From: Octopus vulgaris
Taxonomy: Eukaryota
Length of the DNA: 64,000 bases
Direction of reading: 5' to 3'
Assembly (NCBI GenBank): GCA_951406725.2
Contig: OX597814.1
Coordinates: 42,966,001 to 43,030,000 of the forward strand
Below the pieces are notes generated by a model. The model did no database searches. It was not told the origin of the DNA and worked only from the letters and a program-made list of their open reading frames with translations. Positions 1 through 11,888 of the stretch are shown one piece after another (position 1 is the stretch's first letter; every line of letters starts with the position of its first letter). Position numbers and translations under genes: made by a program.

Positions 1-451
1 CAGTAACTGCCAGCATGAAGTATATCTTTTCTATTTATTTTTAAATCGCTGTTGGATGAAAATAATTATGGTCTATTAGTAGAAACATATATAAATACTT
101 ATTAAGTATATCATTTTGAAGGAAAATATTGGATTTCACTTACTGTCCTTGTTAAAATCACTGTCTTCATTTCAAGCAGTTAAAGAATTTTATATAGGAG
201 AGTTGATTTCAGTAAAATTACACATACTTTGACTATAATGACGAGAAGCCGAACAAAATGATTCATGTAAGGACCTGAAACATAAATTCTGTAATTTAAC
301 GTGTCGTATTGTTTTTCGTTGTAATTATCTTTCAATATAGAGCTTCAAAACACAGCAGGCTTCTCATGAAGTTTGCCGCCAAACAACATAGAAACAGATG
401 AAGTCAAATTGTAAGTAGAGGCAGTATCGGCAAGAGCTGAGGGAGCAGAAG

Positions 452-484
452 CGGCAACAGCAGCAGCAGCAGCAGCAGAAGAAG

Positions 485-516
<32 letters not shown>

Positions 517-606
517 GAAGAAGAAGAAGAAGAAGAAGAAGAAGAAGAACCACAACAACAACAACAACAACATAAACATAAAGAAGAAAAACAACAACAA
601 CTACAA
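452..606. repeat. Compound trinucleotide microsatellite (CAG)n-(AAG)n-(AAC)n
   Basis: Directly visible; explains the poly-F/poly-L ORFs 364..600 and 404..643. Confidence 0.95.
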
Positions 607-649
607 GAGGCAATAGTTGCGACAAAAGCGCAAGGAACGCCAACAGCTG

Positions 650-2305
650 TAGCAGGGCGAGTAACAGTTTTCCGCTATCCTCTGCGCTGTCATGTCATCG
701 TATGCACTTCACCGATGGATCCTCCACTTCCTCCGCACTTTCATGTTCGCGAACGAAAGCTCGCTGTCGCTTTCGCCCGCTGTCGCCTTCGCACGCGTCC
801 GCGTGGACGCTACCACGGCCGATGCTGTCAGCCTGGTGGCAGCCGCGGGCAGGGCCGCGCTTCCGTGCACCTGCTCGTGTTTGCTGCATCGTTTATTCTC
901 CGCCGTCGCCCGGCGACGAGCCCGGTGTCTTTTTGGTAACGTGGCTTCCGTGGTGGTTTCCGCCTGTCAGCCGACTATTATGGTTTCTCACCATCGCCTG
1001 CACTTCATCGATTTCTCCTCGTCTTCCTCCGACCTTTCATGCTTTTTCTCGTCCGCATGGACGCAAGAGCCGCCGATGCTGGTAACCAGGCGGTTTTCGT
1101 TGGGCGGAACACATAGCCGTCGTGGTCGATGCCGAGACGTGGTCTGTTTTGCAAATCGTCGGAAGCGCTATGCAGATCAGCCACGCTCTGGATGAGCGTC
1201 GCACTCCGACTGTCTCTGAACCACAACGCCAGTGTGCGCGGACGCCGCGCGGAGCCCCGCGCTTGTACGAGGTCGTCTCTCTGCTGTTCTTCCGGTCCCG
1301 ACCACGCGCGCCTTCTCCACACTTCTCCTTCCAGCAGCCGTCTCCCTGTCGCCTTCCCGTCCATCGACGGACGCTACCACCGACGGACGGCGACAGGTGC
1401 ACTGTCCCCACCTCTCCGCCGCACTACCATGCATCGCCTGCACTTCGCCAACAGCTCCGCGATTTCGTGCTCGCGATCGTTTTTACCGCACGAATGCGCT
1501 GGTCCACGTGGACGCCATCGCGGCAGATGCTGGTAGCGTGGCGGCTGTTGCCGGAAGGCAGGCGTGAGCCCCTAGGTCGATACCGGAAACTGGTCCATCC
1601 GGCAAATTGTCGGAAGCGCCACACCGAACACCCACACTATAGGTAACCGTCGCACCCCGACGGCAGCCAGCTCCTTTTTTCTTCCGCCCGGTCTCCGCTC
1701 CTTGTACGGGGGGGATCGTCGTTTTCTTCTCGCCGTTGAGGACCCGGTCAGTTTACACTGCTGGCCTCGTTTCACTCTGTCGGCACGTACACGAGCTAGT
1801 TGTCGCTTCACGATCTGTCACAGGCGAGGTGGCGTCCCGAAAGAGAGTGGTGCCGTCTGTCCCGCCCCGGACAGAATATTGGCTTTAACTTCGGGTGTCA
1901 CTGCATCGCCGCCGCGAATAGCATCACGTTGTTGCTCTTCGGCGGCAGAGCCCGCTCTTCTGCTCATCCCAGCATCGTCGCTTTGGAGCGTTGTCGAGGC
2001 CGTCGCTGCCGACCACTGTCATCGCACACGCACGCTGACCGCAGTCTCTCGCAGCCGTTTGGAAGTTACTGCGGCGCGCTCGGACAGGCGGAACGACGAC
2101 GAAAAGGAGTAGATAATCAGTCGCTGCCAGAAATCGGCCCTCTTGCTTCGACCCACGCCCGTACTTCCGCAGCAGCCCGGATAATTAACCGTTCCGCTCA
2201 GCGAACTGTTTGTCTCTTCATCCGCACATCGGTGACGCCGGACGCGTATACGAACGACCGCCGACTGGACGAGCGCCGAGCGATTGCCGGTCGGCCTTCT
2301 GCATA
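650..2305. other. GC-rich, CpG-rich segment with three diverged subrepeats, probably rDNA spacer (IGS/5'ETS)-derived
   Basis: Abrupt GC rise against the AT-rich flanks and contiguous with the 18S fragment. The motif GTCCRCRTGGACGC..GCMGATGCTG recurs at 797, 1051 and 1502. Spacer identity is inferred from position only. Confidence 0.5.
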
Positions 2306-2309
2306 GGTC

Positions 2310-3345
2310 ACGGCGCAAATATTAGACTGAGACTGACGCGTACTGGCGGTTGCAGCAGCCGCCGTGCTCCGTACGCGGGTTGAGTCGTGCTGCAGCTTCA
2401 CGCTCTTGGATTTTGTTTACGCTGGAAAGCTGTCAGTACGACCGCACGGGCTAGAACCGAATAGTCTTCGCGCGACGGGTTCCCCGAAAGTCCGCCCTAT
2501 CAACTGCCGACGGGCCGGTAAGTGCAGACCGTGGTGGCAAGGGGTAACGGGGAATCAGGTTTCGATTCCGGAGACGGAGCATGTGAAACGGCTACCACAT
2601 CCAAGGAAGGCAGCAGGCGCGCAAATTACTCACTTAAGGCCCGGGGAGGTAGTGACGAAAAATGACGACGCGGGACTCTATCGAGGCCTGCGGTCGATAA
2701 GAGTATACATCAAATCCGTTAACGAGGATCGATCGGAGGGCAAGTTTGGTGCCAACAGCCGCGGTAATTCTAGCTCCGGTAACGTATATTAAAATTGTTG
2801 CGTTTCGAAAGTTTATAGTCGGCATTCGTGTCTTAAAATTGTGCTCCAGCATGTTCGTGGTGACGGCGCGGTCGCGGTCGCGCCTAGCGCGTGTCCGTCT
2901 CTGTTGTCCGTTTGCATTCCCGGTCCTATTCGCTGCTTCGTGCGCGGTCGGGCCCACGGGCATCGCCGTCGCGTCGACCTGCTTTCTCTTCGCCCGTCCA
3001 GTTTCACGCCTGCGCGGTGTCGCTCCGGTGACGTCGCTCAAGTCGGTGCTGGAGTCAAGAAGCAGGTGTTGCCATACGTGCTGCAGTAGCACATCCACCT
3101 CCCGGTCATTTCGACCCGCACTGTTCCGCCAAAGGTGTTCTTCGCCGAGTGTCCGAAGCAGGCGGGACGATCACAGTGAAAAGATTAGAGTGCTCAGATC
3201 GAGCCCTGCCTGCTTGTATACGAAAAGCATGGAATAATGGAAAATGGCCTCGTTCGTGCGTCATTCATTGGTTTCCGTTCACGACGAGGCAAAGATCGAA
3301 GGGTGCGATCGTGGCCACTTGTATTACGACGTCAGAGGTGAAATT
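2310..3345 (+). pseudogene. Decayed partial 18S rRNA (orphan rDNA), 5'- and 3'-truncated
   Basis: Eukaryotic SSU landmarks appear in the correct order: GCCCTATCAACT (~2494), GGTAACGGGGAATCAGG, ACGGCTACCACATCCAAGGAAGGCAGCAGGCGCGCAAATTAC (~2588), GTGCCAACAGCCGCGGTAATTCTAGCTCC (~2749, substituted relative to GTGCCAGCAGCCGCGGTAATTCCAGCTCC), GCATGGAATAATGGAA (~3227) and AGAGGTGAAATT (~3334). Homology stops there. Confidence 0.92.
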
Positions 3346-4590
3346 GCCACACTGCAGCGACATTAGCAAAGACACGGGAGAAACGCTAGATCCATGCTGA
3401 ATGATTGCTTTACAGGTGTTTAAATGCTCACGAACAATCCACGCTTTGGTTCTTTTCTGATGACAAAACACTCATTTAACTAAGACTAGAAGTCTAGCAA
3501 GAGATGTGATAGAGTTTTGTAAATATTGTCTTGTTTTCTCTAGAGTGATGACCACTTAGTTTCCAGTAAGTTACGTCCTCGTTAGATGAAGGTTGCAGAG
3601 GAACGCCAAACTTTCTTTGATAGAACTCAGCCCATTTAACCCAAGAATAAATGACAGCCATTATTCAACAAACTTGTGACTTCTAAACATGCAGAATTTA
3701 AATCTAATTGGTCAGTTCGTATGGAACCTTCTAGAAAAAGAGATATATCAATACAATCACAGCGCCGTAGATTTACTAAAATTCAGAGGCTTTTAGGTGG
3801 TGTTCAGTATGAAGGCATCATTTAGTGCAGGTATGCCAACGATTTTGGTTCTCAATGGAAGCGGTCATCGTAGTTGAAAATGGAATCATAAAGTATTCTT
3901 TTTAGACATCTTATCAACAAATGTGCGCAAAGTTTTATTAAAGCACGTTTGGTTTTTTTATGATTAAACGTGTTTTATTAACTTAACTTGTAGGAAGTCG
4001 ATAACTTCTCGCATCCTGTAATGAAATTATTGAAGAAAAGTAAATAATACGGTCAACTCGATTTAGCGACGTTATAAACTATTATTTGTAGTTAGCAGTG
4101 GAAATATATATCTTCACGAAAACGTTAATTAAACATACTTTGTAAGGCTAGAACTTGTTTATTACTTACTGAAAGGACGAGTTAGATTCCAACGATACTA
4201 CATTGCAACAAATACAGTTCCTTATTTCACAGTGAAATTAAATTTTCACTGCACATAATATTATGTCCAGCTTATTGCTTTAAGTAATTGCATTTGTAAT
4301 GATCTAATACTATCTCATACCTTTCCAGTTTATTTCATCGTCTTAATGGTCTCTATAGTAGAGTTTGGCAGCGAACATTACAACAGTCTACACGTTAATT
4401 CCCATTATATAGTGTCGTACTTATTTTGTGCATGGTCATATTGTAGCATAGTGGACTTTGGTATTCATCCTTCCATGAGTTCGTTAAACTCAAGTCGTGT
4501 ATATAGATAAACACACCACGCATACACACACACATATATATATATACGTACATACATACATACATACATATACATATAAATATATATATC

Positions 4591-4683
<93 letters not shown>

Positions 4684-6071
4684 TTATACACACATGTACA
4701 TATCACTGTGTGTGTTTTGGTACGACTCATTTTAATCACTATCGTGTTAGTGTAAGTGAACTATGATAACATTCTGGGACTCTCGGAAATGGTTGGGCGC
4801 ATTTTAATATTTTATTTTTTCATTTATTTTATGTTAATTTCAAATTTCCTAGAGTTGGAAGTTTCTTTGTATGTAGGCTAGCGTGTATTCTATATTCATT
4901 TTGGTGAAATGCAATCGCCATAACATTTCCTTAATTAAATTTCAACGAAATTCATTTGCATAATTGTCCAGATTTACTTTGGGAAATACATATTGTATTA
5001 CACACGTTCATACAAAGACACAAACACACACACATGCACGCATACACACACACACACAAATACACACACTAGATGCATGCAGATATGCTTGTGCATTTGC
5101 GCTCGCGCGTGCGTGTGACGTTTTGTAAGAGTAAGCAGATCGTGAACGGAACGTGTCTTCTCCACCGTAATTCTAGATAATTCTGTAAATGAATTTGTTT
5201 GATGTGTGTACTTAAAATATCATACATGATTTTGTATATTTTTTTGTTATTGTTTCCAAAGAGGTTTAATTTAAGGGAGCTGATCAGTAACAAGATACAT
5301 TTCATATTTTTAGGGTGCTATTCGTTTACATAAGGATAAGATAGGACATGATTAAAAAGTTTTCTCATATAAGCAATGAAATTAAGCATACGAAGATAAA
5401 AAGAATATGGAATCGAAAGTAAAATAAATGCATCAAATAAAATGTAATACACCTATAATAAAACACCGTTTAATAAAAATATCAAATACACATGCGATCA
5501 GAATTGAAAAAAGAAAATTGGACTGTAACACGTGATAAGGTGCACAGCAACAAAGAAGACAAGTACGCACGGTGAAATTAATGCAAAATCTCTGAACAAG
5601 ATTTTACCTCCGGTTGTGACGGCTATGTGAAGCTGCTGGTAACGGTTGCTACTGGAAAGTGTTGCCGTTTGAAGGATATATGTGTGGCAGCAAGTTTTGA
5701 CATTTTGCAGCGCCCCTAGAAAGAGTAAAAAAGGGTTTCCCAATTTCTTGTCTCCTACTTTCGTTTAGTTGGTTACGTGGACTACTCTGAATGGGGCGTG
5801 ATTGAGAAAGGCCGAACTGGTGGCCAAAATCAAGGGGTTTCGAAGTTCTTTCCAGGAATATATCTAGGAACATATTCGAAAGGTCCCATGTCGTCTTGAT
5901 GTCGTGGTGGAAACTGTGAGTGGTACTTTATGTAAACTGTGATAATCTAGTTGCTATCTTTTGACCTTTTAAAATACTTTTAATTTTCGATGAAATATTG
6001 CATATATTTTTACTTTAGTACAAACTGAAATTTAGATCGAACCCTAGTTACCTATAATCATTTTCGAAATA

Positions 6072-6102
<31 letters not shown>

Positions 6103-6622
6103 GGCATGTGTATGTATGAGGGAGAGTGTGTGTATATGTGTGAGGGAGAGTGTGCATATATATGTGTGTGAGTGTGTGTTTATTAAAGTGTGTGTTTATC
6201 AGAATCAAATTTGTGAATATGTAAGAGTAACCAGGGTATGATAATTATTTATACATAATATACCACACCATAATGACATTGCTGTTGTTTTTTTCCAATA
6301 AACTTGGTTGAAATGGGTTTATGATAATGTATTGTATAAACTATGCAAATATGTACATATATTTATGCAGAGAGGGGGAGAGAGAGAGAAAAAGAGTGAG
6401 AAACGAGTCGGAGACAAGAAAGTGATAGATTGGTAAATAAGTAGGTATATATACACAAACCTACACACGAACATATATATAAACGTTCTATTTTAGCTCT
6501 GCCAATCTGTTTCTATGTCTGTCTCTCTCTTCCTCTCTCTCTCTTTATATATATATAAAGAGAGAGAGATATATACACACCCACATATATACATATTAAT
6601 ACACAGACATACACTTACACAA

Positions 6623-6697
<75 letters not shown>

Positions 6698-7229
6698 GTT
6701 TTGGTATCCAGAAGACAAAAAAAAATGGCAGGTGATGCGATGTAAGTACTACGGAAGCACGACAGTTAGACACCCGGTTCATTAATAATATGTGTAATGG
6801 GTCTAATGCAGGGTGTGAGGTTGTGTTTGAGCATTTATATGTTATATAACATGAGACAACAAACGCAACGCGGTGTGAAATTTTTGGGACATTTATAAAG
6901 AGAAATGTTGTCTTACAGCTGTTTCAGAAATATGAGGGATAAATCTCCACAAAAGTAAATAAGAGAGACAGAGACAGGCAGAAACAAGGAAATGACCCTT
7001 GTATTTGAATACTATATATATATAAAATTATACATACGTATATATACATATATATAATACATATATAAATGTGGAAATAAACGTATTCATAAACACTGAC
7101 ACACATACCCCGCGCGCTCACATACATAGATACACATATATTTATATATATATTTATATATATGTATATGTATATCTATATGTATATATATATGTATATA
7201 CACATATATATATATATATATATATATTA

Positions 7230-7272
<43 letters not shown>

Positions 7273-7280
7273 CGTATATA

Positions 7281-7313
<33 letters not shown>

Positions 7314-7969
7314 GGTTTGGTGTGTGCGCGTGTGTGTTTGTATACCTATGACTTTATACTTCAACTGACAACTGACTAAAATATGACTTTCTCAGCATTC
7401 CAGTTCTTGTCACCTATTAAATCCGAAATTTGTTGTGTGTCTAAGAAATCAATAACAACCAAATGTTGTTAGGAATTCTACCAGTTCGGAAACAACTCTC
7501 AGAGGTAGAGAATTTTACATTCATGATAAATCATTTGTATAGCCTGGTGATATATTAGTCCCTTTCAATGCGTTCTCCATCTCTGTTCGCTATTTTCGCT
7601 GCAGTATAAAACTTGAAAACTAGCATTACATCTACGTAACTAATGTTAAATGCAATTATGAGGACAGCACTACAATTTCCATTGTAAATCATACTTGTAA
7701 TGTTTTTATAGTGCACACACTATTTGGATTAGTAAAAGATATATTCAGGTTTTTTTGTTGTTTTTTGCTTTACTTGTTTTAGGTGCAAATGTTCTTGAAA
7801 TATTTGCAACTGCCTTATTCTACTTCCGTGTCAAGATACTTTTACTTCTTTACTATTTTAACTAAATATTCGGTCGGCTTTAATTTTCAAAGAAAGCCAG
7901 TCGCATTAGAATTCTATTTATAACTATTTGACAGTATACTTATAAAGGCATCGTAACGTATAAAAGAAC

Positions 7970-8160
7970 ATAAAGCGGAAAGCTGACAGAATTATTAGTA
8001 CAAAATGTTAGCAGAATTTTGTCTGTCTGTATTTTCTGAGTTCAAGTTCTACCGAAGTCGACTTTGCCTTTCATCGATACCTGGTCGATAAAATGAGAAC
8101 CAATTGAGCATAGGGATCGATCAATTCGACTTCTTTTGACTGAAATTACTGCCCTTAGAA
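7970..8160 (+). mobile_element. Decayed tRNA-derived SINE (same family as 59355-59570)
   Basis: TTCTGAGTTCAA..CCGAAGTCGACTTTGCCTTTCATC..GTCGATAAA, shared with copies at ~12030-12145(-), ~27270-27390(-), ~46660-46800(-) and 59355-59570(+). Confidence 0.65.
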
Positions 8161-9546
8161 AATTACTGCCGCGCGTTAGGTTAACTTAAACTGACCATCA
8201 CAATAAAACTTTGCAATAAGTAAAAAAAAACATCCCAATAAGTAAATAAATAACCCTCCAAGTGCCCAGCAGACTACTTTAAGCAATGCGAATTGCACTG
8301 ACTCAATCGATAAGGTTTGCTCTCAAAACGTATCTTGACTCATCTAAAATGTAGGCACAGATTAATAATAAGTGTTCTAGGTAACAGCATTATTGGAAAT
8401 TTGAAATGGTTGTCACCGGAAAAATTCAGTTGAATGCCATGCTTGTGCTTAGATTTGAGAATTATACGTGTGCTGCTTTCGAAGGAGTTGCTCAAGTAAA
8501 AATTATCCCTTAAATATCTTCTAAATTACAAATGATAATATTGTCACACTCTGTAAGAATGGAAATAATCTTCCATTGCATTTCTTCGGTATATATTCAT
8601 TCCTTGCATTCTGAAAATACGGATACCGGATGAATCTGAGTTAAAACGATCCATGAGGAATTATTTCTTCCTCGCCTATGCTTAGGACAATTAGAAATTT
8701 CACTTTTGATTCTAAGTAAATATATGCTAGCAATAACTTGGAAGTACGTTTAGATGTATGACTACTACTGTATGAGTTAAAGCTCCATGTAGATTATCAT
8801 CATCATCTCCATAGCTTCAAGTATAGTGGTTAGTTGTCCACTGTACTTGGCAGTATTACCATTTGAGATATACAGAGCATCGGTTGTGGAAATTAAGATA
8901 GACACTAACATAAATATTTAGTTTCTATGTACGATATATCATAGCATTTATTTGAAACACATCTTTGGCTATTCCAAATGTCTTTGGATGTCTGACGTCA
9001 ATAGGTCATCAGAGGAACATTTTATCGCATTCTATTACAGAAATCAATTATATGTCAATGCTGATGTGTTTGTAGAACCTAAATACTTATAATGGTTTCT
9101 ATCTTGGATTCGTGTTGGACGGATGCTAGGTGTCAAAGGCCCTGCATGAACATGCCATGATCATCTACCAAAGGGTTTCAGATAAAATAACAGGTCTCGT
9201 GGGGTCGGCTATCCTGTTCTTTTGACTTCATTTGTCCCTTTTTGTTTGTTTGTTCTTGTTCAATTTCATTTTCCTTTTTCATTATAATTTCATTGTAAAT
9301 AACCCATCCGATTTCATTGTGAATAAAACACCCGATTTCACTGTAAAAAGTTCCATCTATGACCCCAAGTCATTGCACTGTCTCCATCTATGTTAATCAT
9401 TATGGATAATAAAGAAATTTCTATCTTAGTTTCCACTGTACTAGGATTATAAGGAAATGTGTTTGGTGAGAACCTAGTTATTTCGCTCTACAGATCTTGT
9501 CATATACATGCATGCATACATACATGCGTGTGTTTGTGCATGTCTG

Positions 9547-9633
<87 letters not shown>

Positions 9634-9736
9634 GTATATATATGTATATATATATGTATGTATATATATATATATATAACATTATTGGTGAATTGAAGAA
9701 ATGGAGCTGAACGCAGATTGAACAGAAATCGTTTTA

Positions 9737-9826
9737 TTTCATTCTACACGTGTTTCGAAAGGCACAAATTACGAAAATCCGATGGAATAATGGGACCATA
9801 TTGTGTCTTTCTCTTCAGGAAGAAAA
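9737..9826 (-). ncRNA. Type I hammerhead ribozyme motif with intact core and long stem II
   Basis: The minus strand reads ttttcttc-CTGAAGA-gaaag.a.cacaa...ttgtg.c.ctttc-GAAAC-acgt-GTA-gaatgaaa. This gives the canonical CUGANGA and GAAA boxes, paired stem II, a minimal stem III with a palindromic loop, a GUA cleavage triplet and a paired stem I. Confidence 0.8.
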
Positions 9827-10082
9827 TAGGAAATCCGTTGGAAAAACAAAAACAGAACAGAGGCGGAGCAAAAACAAATCGAACTATGCTCCTAAGAGCC
9901 CATGGCGAAACTGTTTATCAGTGTATGTTGAGAACCGGTGGCTGAAGAATTCAACGGGTCAGGCATCGGTCAATCATGTGGGTGAGGGTGCGTATGCGTT
10001 TTACTGCTGTGATTTTTGCTACTAAGGTATCGGTTAAACTTTTGATTAATCTACTACAAGATTATTCATCTTTCTATTTCAC

Positions 10083-10295
<213 letters not shown>

Positions 10296-11384
10296 GTGAT
10301 ACAAACGTAAAGGAAACATATTTAGTTTCACATTTATCTACACACATATATTACAACGTGAAAATATTTATTGTATTCATTTATTTGTCTTGTCACTTGC
10401 CACGTTGCAGCAATATTTCACTCACTTAATCGATGAACACCAACCACAACGTTTATCTTTAATCTTATAATTATACTAAGCGCATGTTCCATTGAGCTGC
10501 TAGGATAAAAGAAGACTACAGAATAACCCTACTACATATGAAATTTCAAAGATAATTCTTTAGATTATAGCTTTAGATTCCGGTACAGTTAAGATAGTTA
10601 GGAAACAAAATATCTAAACATAAAAGTGGAAATGGTGTAAACCTTCGTATGAAAGACTATTGTTTACACACCAGATTAGAGGATTTTCAGAAATGCCAAT
10701 TTCTTCCATGTGTGGCTGTTACTGATGTAGGGAATATCGATTTTTAGGGACTAAAACCTCGTAAATCCGCGAAGACCTGAAATTGATTAAATTAACAATT
10801 TCTTCATCCTGGCTAATTTACACCTCCCGGCTTTTTCCTTTCTTTTACACTCCGACCATATAATTTTAATTCTATCACTATCCTTCCTTGGACTAAATTG
10901 CTATTTTATCATTCTCCTCACTGATGAGATAACAAACGCTTTTAATCCTCTATTACATATTTGTCATTGATCGATTTTCGGTAAAGCCACATCATTTTCC
11001 ATCAACTCCAAGATTAATATCTCAGACCGTAAAGGGAAAATATTTGCACTGAATTTGAAAAGATGGCTGCAGTTATTGATATTTCAAAATATATTTTGCG
11101 TAATATAGTTGATGTGTAGCCCGAAAGGAAGGCAAGCGCATTGGAATATTCAGTAATTATCGAACCACATTAGATTTTGCTCAGTTGTCCATACCTCACT
11201 CTCCCTCGATTTCATTGCTTTTGTGAGGCATCTACAGAAGAGGTGTGATAAAAATATCTACACAAATTGTGCGGTAGCATTCATAGAGATATATGTTACT
11301 CACGTACACATAATGTACACATGTTCACCAATAGGGCGCACATATACACACATACCAAAAAACAACATATATATATATAGTCTT

Positions 11385-11798
11385 TTACTCTTTTACTTGT
11401 TTCACTCATTTGACTGCGGCCATGCTGGAGCACCACCTTTATTGGAGCAACTCAACCCCGGGACTTATTCTTTTGTAAGCCCAGTACTTATTTTATCGGT
11501 CTCTTTTGCCGAACCGCTAAGTATCGTTGACATAAACACACCAGCATCGGTTGTCAAGCTAGGGGGACAAACACAGACACACAAACACAGACACACAAAC
11601 ACACACATACGCATATATATATATATACATATATACGACGGGCTTATTTCAGTTTCCGTCTACCAAATCCACTCACAAGGATTTGGTCGTCCCGAGGCTA
11701 TAGTAGAAGACACTTGCCCAAGGTGCCACGCAGTGGGACTGAACCCGGGACCAAGTGGTTGGTAAACAAACTACTTACCACACAGCCACTCCTGCGCC

Positions 11799-11800
<2 letters not shown>
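11385..11800 (-). mobile_element. Full-length tRNA-derived SINE
   Basis: The minus-strand head AGGCGCAGGAGTGGCTGTGTGGTAAG...GGTTCAGTCCC carries A/B-box-like motifs; there is an internal (TA)/(TG) tract and a tail GGTGCTCCAGCATGGCCGCAGTCAAATGAGTGAAACAAGTAAAAGA. Homologous to 22575-22900 and 61190-61562. Confidence 0.85.

Positions 11801-11888
<88 letters not shown>

Noticed and set aside
692-3400. Dense overlapping ORFs in the GC-rich block
   Set aside because: Expected from stop-codon scarcity at high GC; no protein motif recognised, and the distal part is 18S-derived.
5500-5930. Higher-GC stretch with FWPP on the minus strand as a Tc1-like remnant
   Set aside because: A single short motif without the following SPDLNP/DY..W; insufficient support.
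9934-9970. CTGAAGA...GTC on the plus strand as a hammerhead
   Set aside because: There is no GAAA box or stem II; CTGA is part of a simple hairpin (ACCGGTGGCTGA/TCAGGCATCGGT).
10915-10945. CTGATGAGAT as a hammerhead core
   Set aside because: No stem II-GAAA follows; likely chance.
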